Shown: positions 1-14,300, counted from the stretch's first letter. The stretch: 62,279 bases of DNA from Fimicolochytrium jonesii (GCF_025526975.1 NW_026515703.1:248001-310279); one strand, 5' to 3'. The notes: a model not told the origin generated them from the letters alone. Numbers and translations are program-made.

Positions 1-1680
1 GCGCGCACAGCGTCCCCACGCTCGACAAACCGCGCAAAAAATGGGACAGAACCTACGAACTGAAACGCCGCAACTCCGGCAAACGCTCCCACGGCATCAA
101 CCTCGACCCCACCCAACGGCTCCGGTTCCCGCCGCCCGGCTCCAAATGCACCTACGCAGACTTCGTCAAACACCTCGTCGCCATCCTCGCCTCCTATGCG
201 GCCCACCACCGCGGGTGCGCCTTCACCCCCGAGCACGTCTCGCGCGTGCATGAGGTCATGCAGAGGTACAAGCGGGAGAACAGGGAGTGGAAGCAGTGGA
301 AGGTGTGGCTGGATGGCGAGACGTATGACCGGTTGGAGGGGCTGAGGGTGTTGTGTGCCGGGGAGCAGGTGAGGAGGGGGGAGATGCTGGAATTGATGTT
401 GGATTTGGCAGGGCGCGGGGGGGAGGGGAGGACTGAGGGACGGCAGAGGCCGGAGATGTTGGGGTTGGCGTTTGAGGATTGTAAGGTAACCGCTCCCCAT
501 ACCCCGTCCGTGCGTTTGCGTTTCACATCACGGGGGTTCATTTCTTCTCAACTGGTGAGTATTTGTTTGTCCGACAGTCATGCCTCCACGACCAGGAATA
601 CCTCCTTAACCCGGACCATGAAGACGACCCCGCGCTCCGGCTCCAGATCCCCTCCGCACGCCCACACGGCGCCACCACCTCCCCTGCCCACGCCGAATCC
701 GCCGCCATCGACCGGTTCCTCGCCGCAGCGTCAGGTCCTACATCCGCCTCCGTTCCTTCCCATCTCCAATGCGAAGCACAGGCGGTTTTAGCGGATGAAA
801 GTTTCACCCCGCATCGCAAACGCAAGCAACGGCAGGCAGACGTGGGCGGTGGCGCGCAGGATTCCAGACATGGGGAGTTGGCGATGGGCGATTTTGCGCG
901 AGATCTGTTCCCGGTGGATCGTCAGGGTTTCATGGCCATGTACCCGCATCCGCCAGCTGGGGATGTGCGTGGCGGGCAGGACTGCGGGGAAGATGCGCGA
1001 GATCAACATGATTGCGGGACGCCGACACATACCCACTGCGACGGCGATGGGGACGCCAAACATGCACCCGATGGAGAGGAGGAGGATGTGAGCGACTGCT
1101 TGAACGCCATGACGCTGGCTGACACGACCGGGGATGCGCACACCCGCGACAAGGCCCCGAAGGCCCCGACGCCGAAACGGGGCACACCGAGCGAAGATGC
1201 GGAGCAGTCGGCCAAATCGCTCAAACGGTCTCGGAAGGTGGGGGTGGGTGGCGAGATGGGCGACGGGGAGTTTGAAGTCGAGGAGTTGAAGAGAGTCTGG
1301 GAGACGATGTTTGATGCCTGGGTACGAACCCTCGTCCATTGTCCTTCCCCCCGCCCCCTCAATTTCAACACCTACTAACTAACCCTCCCACATGTTCTCA
1401 GGCCATAGCCTCCCGCTCATATGATGGAGACGAAGTGGAAGAACCCACAATCCCACCCCACCTCTCCAAACTCTTCCGGTACCTCTACTCCCTCGACGTC
1501 ATCTCCCCAGACGCGTACGCCCGTGCCCGGACTGGAATCGAGGAGGAGGTCGAGTCAGGCGATGACGAGTACGCGGTGATGAAGTGTGTGATGACGAGGG
1601 CGATGAGCCCTATTATAGGCGGTTTGAGGAGGTTGGTGATGAATATGGGGGGAGGGTTAAGGAAGGGAGGGAGAATATAG
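1..1680 (+). CDS. Hypothetical protein, 5'-partial, spliced (exons approx. <3-486, 578-1322, 1402-1680)
   Basis: Open frame from the window edge (AHSVPTLDKPRKKWDRTYELKRRNSG...EDCK) to a GTAACC donor at 487. Acceptor ...ccgacag at 577, donor GTACG at ~1323, acceptor ...ttctcag at 1401, TAG at 1678-1680. No recognisable domain. Confidence 0.55.
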
Positions 1681-3172
1681 AGAAGGTGCAGGAAGACGGG
1701 GAGGAGGTGTCGCGATGATGTGGTGGCGTGGGGCGTATTGCGGTCATGGTGGTATTGCGGCGTAGTGTTAGTGTGCAATGATGTGTATATATAGCCATGA
1801 GGGTGTGGTGCTGGCCTTTGATAAGCGTCTTTGCAAAGAAAATGTACTGTATGTGACCAATCGAAAATCGAATGGTATTGAGTTTCGGCTTTGGCTCCGG
1901 CCTGCAGAACGGGCTATCGGAAAGAGCATAGGGTGCGACATTGTAAGCGAGATTGTGTTTTTAGTACATCCATACATGTGTTGAGCAGCTGTGAGGAAGA
2001 GCGTCTTTGGGGGTAAACTGGGGGCTGGAAAAGGTTATAGCGCGTGCGTTGCGCGTTTGCCTGTGCTTTGCATGTGTTGCCAAGCCAATGCAATCCTGAT
2101 CCAAACACAACCATTGTGAGTAGAGTTCTCCGCATTGTCCGCATGTACATTCGCCACCTCCCGACGGAATCGACGAACCAGGCCACAGCGCGAGAATGGT
2201 ACTTCGAGACGTTACGCGCGTCATTCGCGTTTCGCCCTCTCCTCTTGCTGTTATTTTGTCGGGCGGAGCATAAGAAGGGGTTTGCTGGCTGGCAAGGCAT
2301 CTAAGTGCATACACTTCCAGACGGTATGCGATTGCATGTCTCGAAAAGACCTTACGCGTGTGTTTCGCGTTCTTCGTCCGGATATCAGCTTACGTGAACG
2401 ACTGACAGCAGGTGACAGCATCCCACAGATCCGGTTCTTCGGGTCACGACGCGCGCGCGGATTCCTGGTTCTCGGATGGCCTGCGCAACACGCTGCTGTG
2501 TGTGACAGTGACCAGGGTGCTTCATCCTGATTGGGTGCAAGTGGAAATGCGAGGGTGAACTGGGAGGGATCCAATGTGCGTAAGCAGAATTAAAATAGAG
2601 GAGTTTATTTCTTCCAATGGATTCCAGGCGGTCGAGTCAATAGGAGTAAGTAGTAGTAGGAGTAGCAGTAGGAGTAAGTGGGCTTGGCTTGCGGAGAAGA
2701 AGCCCTGGAGACGCTACGCTACGCCATTACGCCGCCCAGCATATTCCCACGGCGGACTCCCATAGTAAACTACTACTATCATACCTCATAGACCGACCAC
2801 AGAACAATAGCGGCTCTGTGTTCGGATACAGACAGCTGCGTCGCCCAAGGAGCATTCGGGGCAGTACAAGGTTAGGACACTGAGGAAAGTAAGCCACGCC
2901 CACGGTTCTGCTACTTGACAGTCAGGACTATTCTTCGAGACGGACGAAGTGTCTCCTGGGAGGCTGTATTTCTCACGGAGTCGAAGCGGGCATAGATACG
3001 GTCGGCAAAAAAGCTTCTTTAAGTAAGTTTGGATAAGGGCAGCGTCAGAAGCGGTATGACATGCATGGAACGCGGAGTTGCGCTTTGCGTGGGAATTTCG
3101 GTTTGACAAGTTCACTAACAACGTCCTCTTGTTTTTGCCTCGCCGCAGTATTCAGCGAGCATTTTGACCAGT

Positions 3173-6100
3173 ATGAGTGTGGAGGCGTTGTCGAACGAGG
3201 TTGAGAAGCTTGGCCTGAACGTAAGCAGCAATGTCTTTTGGGGAGGGTCGAAATTGTCCATGTTGTGCGGCCCCACACGACGTCAGGCACACAGTGCTCG
3301 AGAACAGGCGGCTAATCATACACCTACTTTTGTTTATAGACTGAAGGCACAAACGGTGTCTTGTCGAACGAGAAACAATTCCCGCTCGTTGCGCTCCCGA
3401 CCCTAGTGGCATACCTTCCACACGCTGATCGAGTGTCCCTGCTCCAATGCTGCAAAGCTTGGTCACGTCCAGTGGCGGAAGCTATGTACGGAGCGCCGCT
3501 CCTGCAGTCTTTCGATTCCTTCGAGCGCCTCATGACGCTCCTGAATACCCCATTGCCCGCTCATCCTTACCCTGAACTCATCCGAGAACTCGACATTGGA
3601 AGTTCGGCCGCCGACAATCTTTACATGGGTGATTTGGATGCGACTCTGGGGTCTTGCCCAAATCTGGAGGTGTTCAGACTGGAGAACTGCTTCCATATCT
3701 CCAACATCTTGGTCCGATCGCTTGCGGCCCACTGTCCGAATTTGAAACAGGTGCGTCCCCACATTCGCTTCGTCACATATACAGTAGCGAGCGCCCGCAT
3801 AAACGAATCCATCTGTTATATAGGTCGATCTTCCAGGATGCCCAATCTCCGACTCCTTCATTCCCACTTTGAGCAAAAGCTGTCGCCAAATCGAACGCCT
3901 AGACTTGAGCTTCACAAATCTCACGATAGCCTCCCTTCATGCCATCATAATCAATTGCGAAAATCTGATACAGCTCGATCTGTCGGAATGCCGTCCGCTG
4001 GAGGAAGACGTGAACCTGGATTTCTCGTCAAAGCCCTTCAGCAGACCCCTCCAGCTCCTGAATCTTCGCAACACACCCGTGACCGACGATCTGTTGAGGT
4101 TTACCGCCACGCACTGTCCGGAGCTCGAGGATATTATCTTGGAGTCCTGCATGGAGTTGACGGACGATGCCCTCATCAAAGTCGCCAGCAGCTGCCAGAA
4201 ACTGCGACGATTGGATGTCTCCTTCTGTGATAACATCACGGACTTGTCGCTTCAAGCGCTCGCCATGCGCGCCGCCTACACGAAAAAGGGCACGTTGGAA
4301 GAGCTATACCTGGCGGCATGTGACAACATCACCCCGCCTGCCTTGCATCACCTGGCCCAGCAGTGCGCGAAACTTCACACGTTGGTGTTGGACGGATGCG
4401 AGCGGTTGATGGGCACCTACGTCCAATCCTTCGCCACGCAACCCGCCGACGACCTAGAATGCATGCTAGAAGGCGACGCGATCCGCAGATTCGCCGCCCA
4501 CGTCCCCGGAACCAACCCCGTCACCCCACCCGCGTCCCCTAGCCGTGCAAACACCACACCCGGCATGACCTATAAAGTCCAGGTCAGCTACGCCACAAAG
4601 TTCGGCGAGTCCGGGGAAAGCGGCAACGGTTGGGCTTCGACACGTAACACCCAGGGAACCCCCGATCGCGACCCTGCCGCTCTGGCCGCCGCTGCGTTGG
4701 AAGCTGCGCGTTTGCAAGGCCCCGCAGCGAATTACACGTCGCCGCCGGTGGGCAACGTCGTGTCGACGCCGTACAGGAGCCTGTCGCGCAAGACGTCCAG
4801 GAGCAATCTGCGCAGGTTGTCGAGCATGAGCTTGGCGGAGGCGTATGCGGAAGCGGAGGCTGTGAAGCAGGAGCGGCAGGAGAAGATCAGGGAGAAGAGG
4901 AGGTCGAGGTCGTATGGATATTCGTCGTTTTCTATGGGAGATTACGACGCGAATTCGGGGGAAAGTCAAGCGACTATGGTCAGTTCGCCTACACAGGAGC
5001 AAGCGCCCTCTTTCCCTGTTATGGCCCAGCCTGCTGTGACACCGTCGAAGGAACCTGCGGCGGTGCCATTTTCGTCTGGCCGTCGTCGCGGCAGCTCTGT
5101 GGTGAAATCCGACGCACCCAACTGGCGCAATGCGGTCGAGACGGGACCTACGCCGCCTATTTCGCCCCCGAGTCAAGCGGATAGTGCCCGCAGACCGGCG
5201 GGACCCGTGCGTGCAGAGACTGCTCCGGCGAGCCCCGCAGCGGCGTCCGACGTGCAACCTGTCCTTCTCGCTTCGGGCCGTGCTGCTCGTCGTGCAGCCG
5301 AAGCTGCGGCGCCGGCGCAGACTTCGACTCTCACGAAGGAAGGTGACGCACCGGTGCTTCTTGCTTCCGGCCGTCGTCGTTCTCGCGCTCCGTTGACGCA
5401 GACCACTTTCAATGGCGATGAGAAACCTGCTGCTACCACAGCCTACACGCCCGAACCCGCAACTCCCGCGCAAGCTCCAGCTCCCCAATGGGGCGTCAAC
5501 CCCCAAGCATGGGTCAACCCCGCGCACCAGGTCTCCGCAAGCTCAGCCTTCTCCCATAAAAACGACTCGATCAGCACATCCAACGGCTTCGTCGACCCCT
5601 GGGCCCAACCGCCCTCCCAACCCCTCTCTCAACCCGCAGCCCCCTTAACCGCCGACCCCTGGGCCGCGCCACCCACCTCCGTCCAAAAACGCATGTCCCA
5701 ATCCGGTGCCCCCGATCAATGGGCCTCACCCACCCGTGGCCAACCCACCCCTGCCCCCGCCAGCCCCAGCATCCGACTCGCGGCTGCTACGGGATGGGGC
5801 GCGCTTCCGAAGCCTCCACCGGCTTCAGGCGCCAATGTCTGGAGTCCACCCACCAATTCGCAGTTTGCGTCTCCATCCTCTTTCCAACAACAACAACAAC
5901 AACAAACCAGGGAGAATGGATACTTCAACCCCCCGCAACCCACCCCGACCCCAGCGTCCTACTTCAGCAACCCGCACGGGCCTTACCCCATGCAACAAGA
6001 CCCTTACAACGCCGCCCCTTCCCAACAAGTCCAACGCACCCCGTCCATCACCCGCCCCCATCAACAACAACCCCAACAACTCGCCCCCCACACATTCACC

Positions 6101-6373
6101 TACTCCCACCCAACCCCAACCCGCGGCCGTCTCCTCCTCAAACTAAAAATCGAAACCCAAACAGGCGGCCACCAACAACTCGCCGTCCACGAGTTCGACG
6201 ACCCCAACCAACTGGCGACCGAGTTTTGCGCATGTTGGGATATGATGGGCTTCCGTGAACCGCTTGTACGGCTGATCAGTGTGCGCAAGGGGAATGCGGG
6301 GAGGCAGAGGTTGATGATGCAGCAGCAGCAGCAGCAGCAACAACAACAACAGGGGCATGGGAGGGGGCGGTGA
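3173..6373 (+). CDS. F-box-like/leucine-rich-repeat (FBXL/AMN1/Grr1-type) protein with long low-complexity C-terminus; exons 3173-3220, 3340-3750, 3824-6373
   Basis: In-frame GT-AG junctions (gtaagc 3221..ttatag 3339; gtgcgt 3751..tatag 3823). F-box-like segment FPLVALPTLVAYLPHADRVSLLQCCKAW. Repeated cysteine-containing LRRs (CPNLEVFRLENC, CPELEDIILESC, CQKLRRLDVSFCDNITD). P/S/Q-rich tail with poly-Q. Confidence 0.85.
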
Positions 6374-6790
6374 ACTGGGCGTTTTTGATTGTGGGATTGG
6401 GATCTTTTCTTTATCTATTGGACTTTGTATCGGCAAATCATTTTCGGCACGGCGTACCAACAATCCTCCTAATGAACTCCCCCATTCGTCATAAGACGCT
6501 TCGAATAGCACTACCTGTAGTCAGAACCTCATATATAGCGCACGTTAGGCATTTCGTTTTTACATATCATGGACAGCTTGTTTTCGTTTACCTACCTGAA
6601 AAATTGAAATAGTAGTGTATTTAACTCCCCCATCTGGGTCGCTTGTGGTATGAAATTGACGAGGCGGTGTGTGGAAGACTTGTGCTTCCTTAGCTCAGTT
6701 GAGTGGGGGCGTGTTAGCCGATGTTTCAATTCCGCGACCATCGCTGTATACAAAGAATGGATATTGTTTCCGCAATCAACATCTCACCCA

Positions 6791-6863
6791 GCTTCCTTAG
6801 CTCAGTTGGGAGAGCGTTAGACTGAAGATCTAAAGGTCTCGCGTTCGATCCGCGAAGGGAGCA
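6791..6863 (+). tRNA. tRNA-Phe (GAA), intronless
   Basis: GCTTCCT/AGGGAGC acceptor stem, TAGCTCAGTTGG A-box, TTAGA-CTGAAGA-TCTAA anticodon arm, GTTCGATCC B-box, downstream T-run. Confidence 0.97.
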
Positions 6864-7789
6864 TTTAGCAACATTTTTTCTCACTCACATTGCTTTTGAG
6901 TCTTTCTGTTTTCTTTGCCGGGCTTTCCCTTGTTTTGTACGCTTATGGTTTTCTCTTTTTGTTTTGAGGGGCGGGGCAGTTCAGCGGAAGAGCGGGAGGA
7001 GATGTCCGTGAGGGGTGGGAAGGTTTTTTTTGGAAGATTGTCAGTGTCAGATGTCAGGCGTCAACAGGGTTTCTAGGTTTCTGGTCCGAAGTGTTTTTTG
7101 CCTATCCAGCGTGCTTCGCATTCATTCCTGCAAAAAGAGCCCACATTGCGGGAGGGAATGTTTCGCGACATGCTCTCGGTTTGATTGGATTGACTATTCG
7201 CATGGCTTTTCCCGGGTTTGGTCGACTGTGGTTTGATCGCATCCGACAGAGGACTGCGGGGGTTGCGTCCCCGGTGGGGAGGAGCGGGTGTGTGTGTGGT
7301 CGAAGACGAGCAAGAGGACTGACTACAGTACAGACAGGGGCTGGCTGGTCGCAACGGGAACGCGTCAGGGTCGTGGATCGAAGGAAGGCCGCCTGGGTGT
7401 GTCCGACCAGTGTGAAGTCGCGGAAGGTCGAATTTCGCAAGTCTTCCGGACTCGATGGCTATTTGCTTACGACTTGCGCGTTCCCGACACGTTTTCTTTC
7501 TGCGCACGCCCTGAACCCCCCGGACGACCGACGCTGTCTTCAACTGATCATGCCCCGCGGCCGTCCCTCCGATGTGAATCTCGTCGATGCCGGTTCGATG
7601 TCGGAGTCCGCATGCGCTGGGAACCCCAACCCTTACGCAGGGTCAGCCAACCCCCGCCCTTGCAAAAAAATCCGCGTTCCTGCAGCTTAGAGATGGTCCA
7701 TGCCCTCTCAATCCGTATGCAAATCGAGCAGTCAGTTATAATGAATTGTCACTCAATATTCGTGAGCTCAGCAGTTATCAACTTATCGC

Positions 7790-7860
7790 GCAATGGTGGT
7801 TTAGTGGCATAATTACCGCCTGCCACGCGGTAGACCCGAGTTCGATTCTCGGCCATTGCA
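7790..7860 (+). tRNA. tRNA-Gly (GCC)
   Basis: GCAATGG/CCATTGC acceptor stem, ACCGC-CTGCCAC-GCGGT anticodon arm, GTTCGATTC T-loop; 71 nt. Confidence 0.95.
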
Positions 7861-8353
7861 AAGTATCTCTGTAGAGCATCCCGGGCGGGGCCTTATGTGA
7901 TAGGCAGGCGTGTCCGCATTCTTTTTTTGTCAAGCCCAGTGAAGAATGGTCCGCAAACTATCTTGCGTATCGTTTGCCAGCAAGCACAAGGGATCACACG
8001 CAGCGAGGGGAGAATTGTACATATATAAGAAACAAAGCCCTCGTCCTATTTTTCGAAGGGGGGATCAAATCCCGCCCAATCATTTGCAATCCGCAATCCA
8101 GGCCAATAAACACGAGACCACCGTCACGCATGAGAGCCTACACATAACACCCCCCGCAACAGTAGCAGCAAACATAAACATACACGCAGCGCGTAAGAGT
8201 GACGGGGTTGTGTTGCGATGAGAGGCTCGGGTATGCACATATAAATCGCTTCAATCCCTCCAGCCCAACCGCCGGACACGGCGGCATCCACACAACTCTC
8301 GGAAATCCAACATGGCTGTAAGCCAGCGAAGCAGGGTTCAAACTCGAGGCGGG

Positions 8354-10380
8354 TCATTGGGCCTCCATGGGCGGCGGGGGAGGGGGTGGTGCATTCCCAT
8401 CGTCAGCGGGTGGAGGTGGGGGTGGAGGTGCATCGCCGGCGGCAGGTGGGGGCGGCGGTGCAGCGGCGTCTCCCGTGGGTACGGGCTGCTGGTACCCGTA
8501 GTATTGCTGATAGTATTGGACGTAGGTGGGGTCGTAGGCTGCGTAGGCGGCGTACGCTTCGGGTGTCCACTGCTGTTGCTGTTGTTGTTGTTGGTGGTGG
8601 AGGTGATGTTGGTCTTGTCCGGGGTGTTGGTGGTGTTGTTGTGGAGCGTGTTGCTGATACCCGCCGCCGCCGCCGTACCACTGCTGCTGCTGATGCTGTG
8701 GGGTTTGCGCGTGCGGCGGCGGCTGGTGGTGGTGATGCCCGCCATGGAATCCCGGCGCGTCTGCGTTGCCCGGTGGCGGTGGAGGCATGTGGGGTCCGCC
8801 ATACCCACCACCGCCATAGGGGTCTTGCGGAGGTCTTGGTGCTGGCGGCCTGAAGGTGTTGAACGGACGCTGGTTGTGCGGACCACCACCGTGATGCGGC
8901 TGGTTGGCGTTGCGTTTGTAGTCTTCTTTGACGGTGTCGATTAGGTCTTGGCAGAGCTTTTTGGCGGATTCTACAGCTTCTTCTTGGAACCCACTGTGTG
9001 CAATCCATCACGAATGTCAGTCAAATGCCACCGCTTTGAAATCTTCGAAAGTGCAGGGCAGTGGAACTTACGTGATGTGAATATGCAAAGCATCATCAGC
9101 CTCCATCCCTGTCGCGTTTTCAATGTATCCAGATCCCTTTCCTTTCAACTGCACCTTGGTTTGCGTTTCCGCTTGGATGTGCTTGACGTACTGGCCTTGT
9201 GGTCCAACAAGCTTTGCTCGAATGTTCCACATTCTACATTTAAAGAACATAATCAGCATCATGTTCATTGGAAGACAGTGAATGGACGAGAAAACAACTC
9301 ACTTGTCAAACTCCGGCCCGACGTAAACCTTCTCCGAGAAGAAATTGTTGCGTGGAGGTAGTGGCTAAAAGCGATCGAAAAACGATGTGAGGACCAACAT
9401 ATCCACCCGAAGCTACCACGCAGCATATCCATCAATGTGGAGAACTCACTCCTCGATCTCCACCGCTCGGTCTCCTGTCTTCAAACACCGGAGGCGCGGC
9501 GTTTATAAGCTCGTCAATGGCAGCGAGCGCTTTGTCGAGGATCTCTTGGGTATTCCCAGACACGTGGAGGTAGAGTGGCTAAACGAAGGCAGGAGTCAGT
9601 GGCCGGTTCAAACCTTCGATGGAGTCAACATGAAGTACTTACCGGCTCCTTCTCCGTAGCCAGATTCTTGTCTGGGTAGTACTTTCCGCGGGTCGTCACG
9701 CTGTCAGAACAACATCGGCATCAGTGTTTCTCCTGTATGTGCCCCCGCACCCTCAGTATCCAGAAACGCACTCAGCCCCTGTATCCTGCTTTATCTTCGT
9801 CTGCGTAGCTCCCTTCGTTAACAGGTATCTGTTCTTGATATCGTTGATCGGAACATCCTCAAAGAACTCTTCCTTCACCTACAATAAAAAGGAGAGCCCA
9901 TCCACACCGGTCAGGATGCGCGCGTGATCTAACATATCCACTCCACTCGCAAACGAAACATACCGGCCCAGGCTTAACCCCAATCGAGATCTCCGCCCCG
10001 CCTCCACCCCCCGGTCCATTCTTCCCCATCCCAGCCAAGATCCTCGACGCAGCCGCCGCCGCTCTCTCCAGGGCCTGCTGAGCTGCATCATCCGCTGATT
10101 CCGGTATCGAGACCGTCGAGGACCCGTTCGACAGCGGGGGTGGAGGTGGTGGGGGTGTGCTTGTCCGCGCCGTCTTAGAAGGGGCTTCGGCCGGCGTGCC
10201 ATCGTCTGTTATGTCCCATTTTCGTTTGCGCTGTGTTCTGTCAATGTCGAATCAAGTATGTGCGGGTTAGTTAGATGCAGACGCCGGTATCCAAAACCCC
10301 CACCAACGGCCTGCCCCAAGCATAGCGAGTCGGCCTGTGCCATAAAGCGGAACTAACGTTTTCGCAGCGTCGGTCGTCAT
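8354..10380 (-). CDS. KH-domain RNA-binding protein, KHDC4/BLOM7-like, multi-exon, with Pro/Gln/Tyr-rich C-terminus
   Basis: ATG at 10380, then RKRKWD in exon 2. First KH region EDVPINDIKNRYLLTKGATQTKIKQDTGA. Second KH WNIRAKLVGPQGQYVKHIQAETQTKVQLKGKGSGYIENATGMEADDALHIHIT. Tail WTPEAYAAYAAYDPTYVQYYQQYY-PPPP. Confidence 0.85.
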
Positions 10381-10663
10381 CTTCGATATCGCTGAGCACC
10401 ACTCTCGGGGATCGGCGAAGGGATTTGTCGGGAGTTGCTTTGACGAGGGACGTAAATCAGCAGTCTCCTGCTGGCAATGAACGATTGGGTCTGTTGACGT
10501 GCTGCTGCACCCGTGTGTCTGATGAACCGAGCGGGCCTATTGTGCCTGTGCCAAACCTGCAATGTGCAAACCCCAAAAAACGAATGCTGCCCTGTGGTCA
10601 AACGACTACGAAGGAAGCACAGACTTCCAAACATGCTGCAAAGAGGCAAAAAATGAAGTCAGA

Positions 10664-10736
10664 TGCTCCCTTCGCGGATCGAACGCGAGACCTTTAGATC
10701 TTCAGTCTAACGCTCTCCCAACTGAGCTAAGGAAGC
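10664..10736 (-). tRNA. tRNA-Phe (GAA), second copy
   Basis: Reverse complement matches the 6791-6863 gene. Confidence 0.97.
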
Positions 10737-11708
10737 TGGTTGAAATCGCGTGATTTTACGGCTTTATATCCTTTTTGATAAAGCGCGCAACACCATGATG
10801 CTCTCCTGCGCGCAATCTGATGTGTGGCTTTTCGTGAGCGATCGGGGGGGGGGGGGGGGAGAGAGGGGTTGCTCAGAACTCGATTGAGTAGCGAACGGAA
10901 AACGGCCTGGATGTCCTCATCGTCCAGCATGTCTGATGTTCCCGCTGTGATGATGCATCCCGACTCGCAATCCTCCCCGTCCGTCCATGATATTCCGCTA
11001 GGACCGACCCACATCGGATATGATTGTTATCATATTTCACCGGCGAGCGGAGAAAGCATATCCTCTCCTCGACGCATATCCGGGGAGTTACATGTACAAT
11101 GCATAGCCTTCCCAGGAAAGATGAGAGATACATGTATTAAGGAAGCTGGTGGAAAAAAAGCACCCGTCACTGTCACGGCGCTGTCATTCGCGACAGCGCT
11201 GTCAAGTTCGGAAAAAAACGTGGCTTGAAGAACACACCCTCCCCCAAAGCATGGGAGTTCGTGCCATACTACTATGATATGCATGTAACAAGCCCACCGA
11301 CATGCTGCTCGGAAAATACCTTACCGGTAGGTTATGGTACCGTAGGAATATCCCATGTACAGTAACTGAGCCCAGGGAACACCGCCATAGGACACGGCTG
11401 CCCCACATCATCAACGCGTAAGGCTGCGCTGCGTGACCCCCCAGAATACCGCTTCCTTCGCCCATTTCTCCAGCCTCTACGATGGAGGAACAGGTCTTGC
11501 GCAATAATGCGTCACAAAGCGTCAAAGGCTTGAGAGCTATGAGGGAGAGACGGATGGGACAAGACGGAAGAACTAGCGCGCAGCCTTTTACGTCACGGTT
11601 ATGGTGACCTGTGTGTGCGGAGTATTCTGCCCGACGCCAGTGACAGGTCGGGGTTTCTCCACACTTCTGCACGGCTCAGTTCAGAGGATCGGAAGGGAAG
11701 GGCTCGGC

Positions 11709-11716
11709 TATAAAAG
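11709..11716 (+). promoter_or_regulatory. Putative TATA box of the hydrophilin gene
   Basis: TATAAAAG about 125 nt upstream of ATG 11837, followed by a CA-rich leader. Confidence 0.45.
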
Positions 11717-11836
11717 CAGGGGTGGGTTGCGGACCCGGCCTTCTCGTTTCTTCATCAGAAAACAAGAAACTGAAGCACAGCACACACATCCCACACCTCT
11801 ACAAACCTTTCACAACTCGAAAACACCACTCCAACC

Positions 11837-12296
11837 ATGTCGTAAGTGCCTCCCACCCACGTACCCCCTCCCTGCCTCATTCTAACCCATTCTTCCCTCT
11901 TCAATCAGTGACCGCTACCACCCCACCGAGCACGACGGCCTCAAGAAAGACGGCACCCCCGACCAACGCGTCAAAGGCCACGAGTCCGAAGCCCATCGCG
12001 AAAACGCCGCCCACAACCTGAACAACCAGGGTGGAAACCAGCAGGACGAGGGCCAAACCCACACCCAGAGTCGCGGACAGGAGCAGGGGGGCGAAGGCGA
12101 GGGGCATCGGTTTAGGCCTACGTAAGTATCATGTGTCCTGGTTTAATGATACAGTATGGCGATGCAGGTTCTGATAAAATGTTTCTGCAGTGAGCATGAT
12201 GGTCTGAAGAAGGACGGAACACCCGACCAGCGTGTCAAGGGCCACGAGTCCGACGCCCACAAGCAGAACGCTGCTCACAACCTCAACAACCAGTGA
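11837..12296 (+). CDS. Small hydrophilin-like protein (~107 aa) with two PTEHDGLKKDGTPDQRVKGHES repeats; exons 11837-11841, 11909-12121, 12191-12296
   Basis: Absent from the ORF track. Spliced translation MSDRYHPTEHDGLKKDGTPDQRVKGHESEAHRENAAHNLNNQGG...FRPTEHDGLKKDGTPDQRVKGHESDAHKQNAAHNLNNQ*, with two GTAAGT donors and CAG acceptors in matching phase. Confidence 0.85.
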
Positions 12297-13104
12297 AAAC
12301 CTCGTGTGCCGCTTGTCTGAGACACATCCCCAATTTTGTGAGACTACCCGCCCGCCTCTTTGCAGTGGCTCCCGCTCCCGCTGCTGCTGGTGTGAATTGT
12401 CTTGTATATACACTTTTTTGAATGGGGTGGAATAGCATTTTTGTTCTTCTGCTCTCTTAATATGCCTTTGGCCCATCTGAGAAAGGAATGGTGTTGCTGT
12501 GTTTTGGTGGTTTACAATCTGTAGACGAAGTGCTATTCCACAGAAGGAGGTGGAATTGTTGATTATTATTGTTTATTTTGGCATCCTATTGGTGTTCGTT
12601 TGCGATAGCGATACCACCGCAACCATATATGAGTCAGCGGTGAGTGTTGTAACTTTCCGGCGCACATGACATCAACCAGCCTTTCCGCAGAGAGGAGGTC
12701 GTGGGAGTCGGGCTTGTGTCTCTGTTGAGAACCCTTCTGTCTATGTCGAGCGCCGGAATTGGTCGGACGGCAGTGAAGTGGAAGACAAGATCAGAGGTCG
12801 TGGCTGCGAAGTTGCTTGTCTGAGAAAACTTATCCGTACCAGTGGACGGGTCGGGATGAGAGGATATCGCCCGTCCCACATACGATTGGGAACTCGGCGT
12901 CCTTTTTTCCCATGAGATCGGTTTGCCCTTCGCTACAAAAACCGCACATGCTTGCTATCGTTCGCAGGGAGGGAGAAGACGGGTTTTTTTCTTACAAAAG
13001 TTTACAATTGTCTAGATCTGTACAAATAGTTGGGGATCCGGCGAACTCAAAGGCGGGTTTTGGCTAATCGTCCTTGTCGATACGAAGAGTATGACGGACA
13101 ATAT

Positions 13105-13947
<843 letters not shown>

Positions 13948-14300
13948 ATTGTTTGGTGGTTCTTTGGGGTAGTTGCGAGAGAGGGTAGGGGTAGTAGCTT
14001 GGGGGGGGGTTGTTCTCTGGCGGTCTGAGTGTCGCCCGTTGAAGCAAGTTGCGTCTTCTTGCCTCTCGAGCCTCTCTTGGCTGGGCGCGTCGTCTGAATA
14101 GCCTGAATGGGCCCTCTGAAACCTCGTCCAACAAGCCTCTGCCCCTCCATCTTGCCCTGCCCAAAGACAAAGTCCCACGACCACACTCAGCCCGCCTAGT
14201 GCGCTCAACTGCACCCCCACCCCTGCGCTTCATCGGCCGCAAAGCCCCTTACCTACCGTCTCGGTGAAAGCGCTCTCTTTCATCCGCATTGACCACCGAA

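Noticed and set aside
4466..5527. Long antisense ORFs over core genes (also 8312-8944, 18031-18708, 19655-20524)
   Set aside because: These are shadow frames of GC-rich coding sequence or UTR microsatellites.
7015..7812. Overlapping 110-200 aa ORFs between the tRNAs
   Set aside because: No domain or splice support, mostly non-ATG starts; consistent with chance ORFs in GC-rich intergenic DNA.
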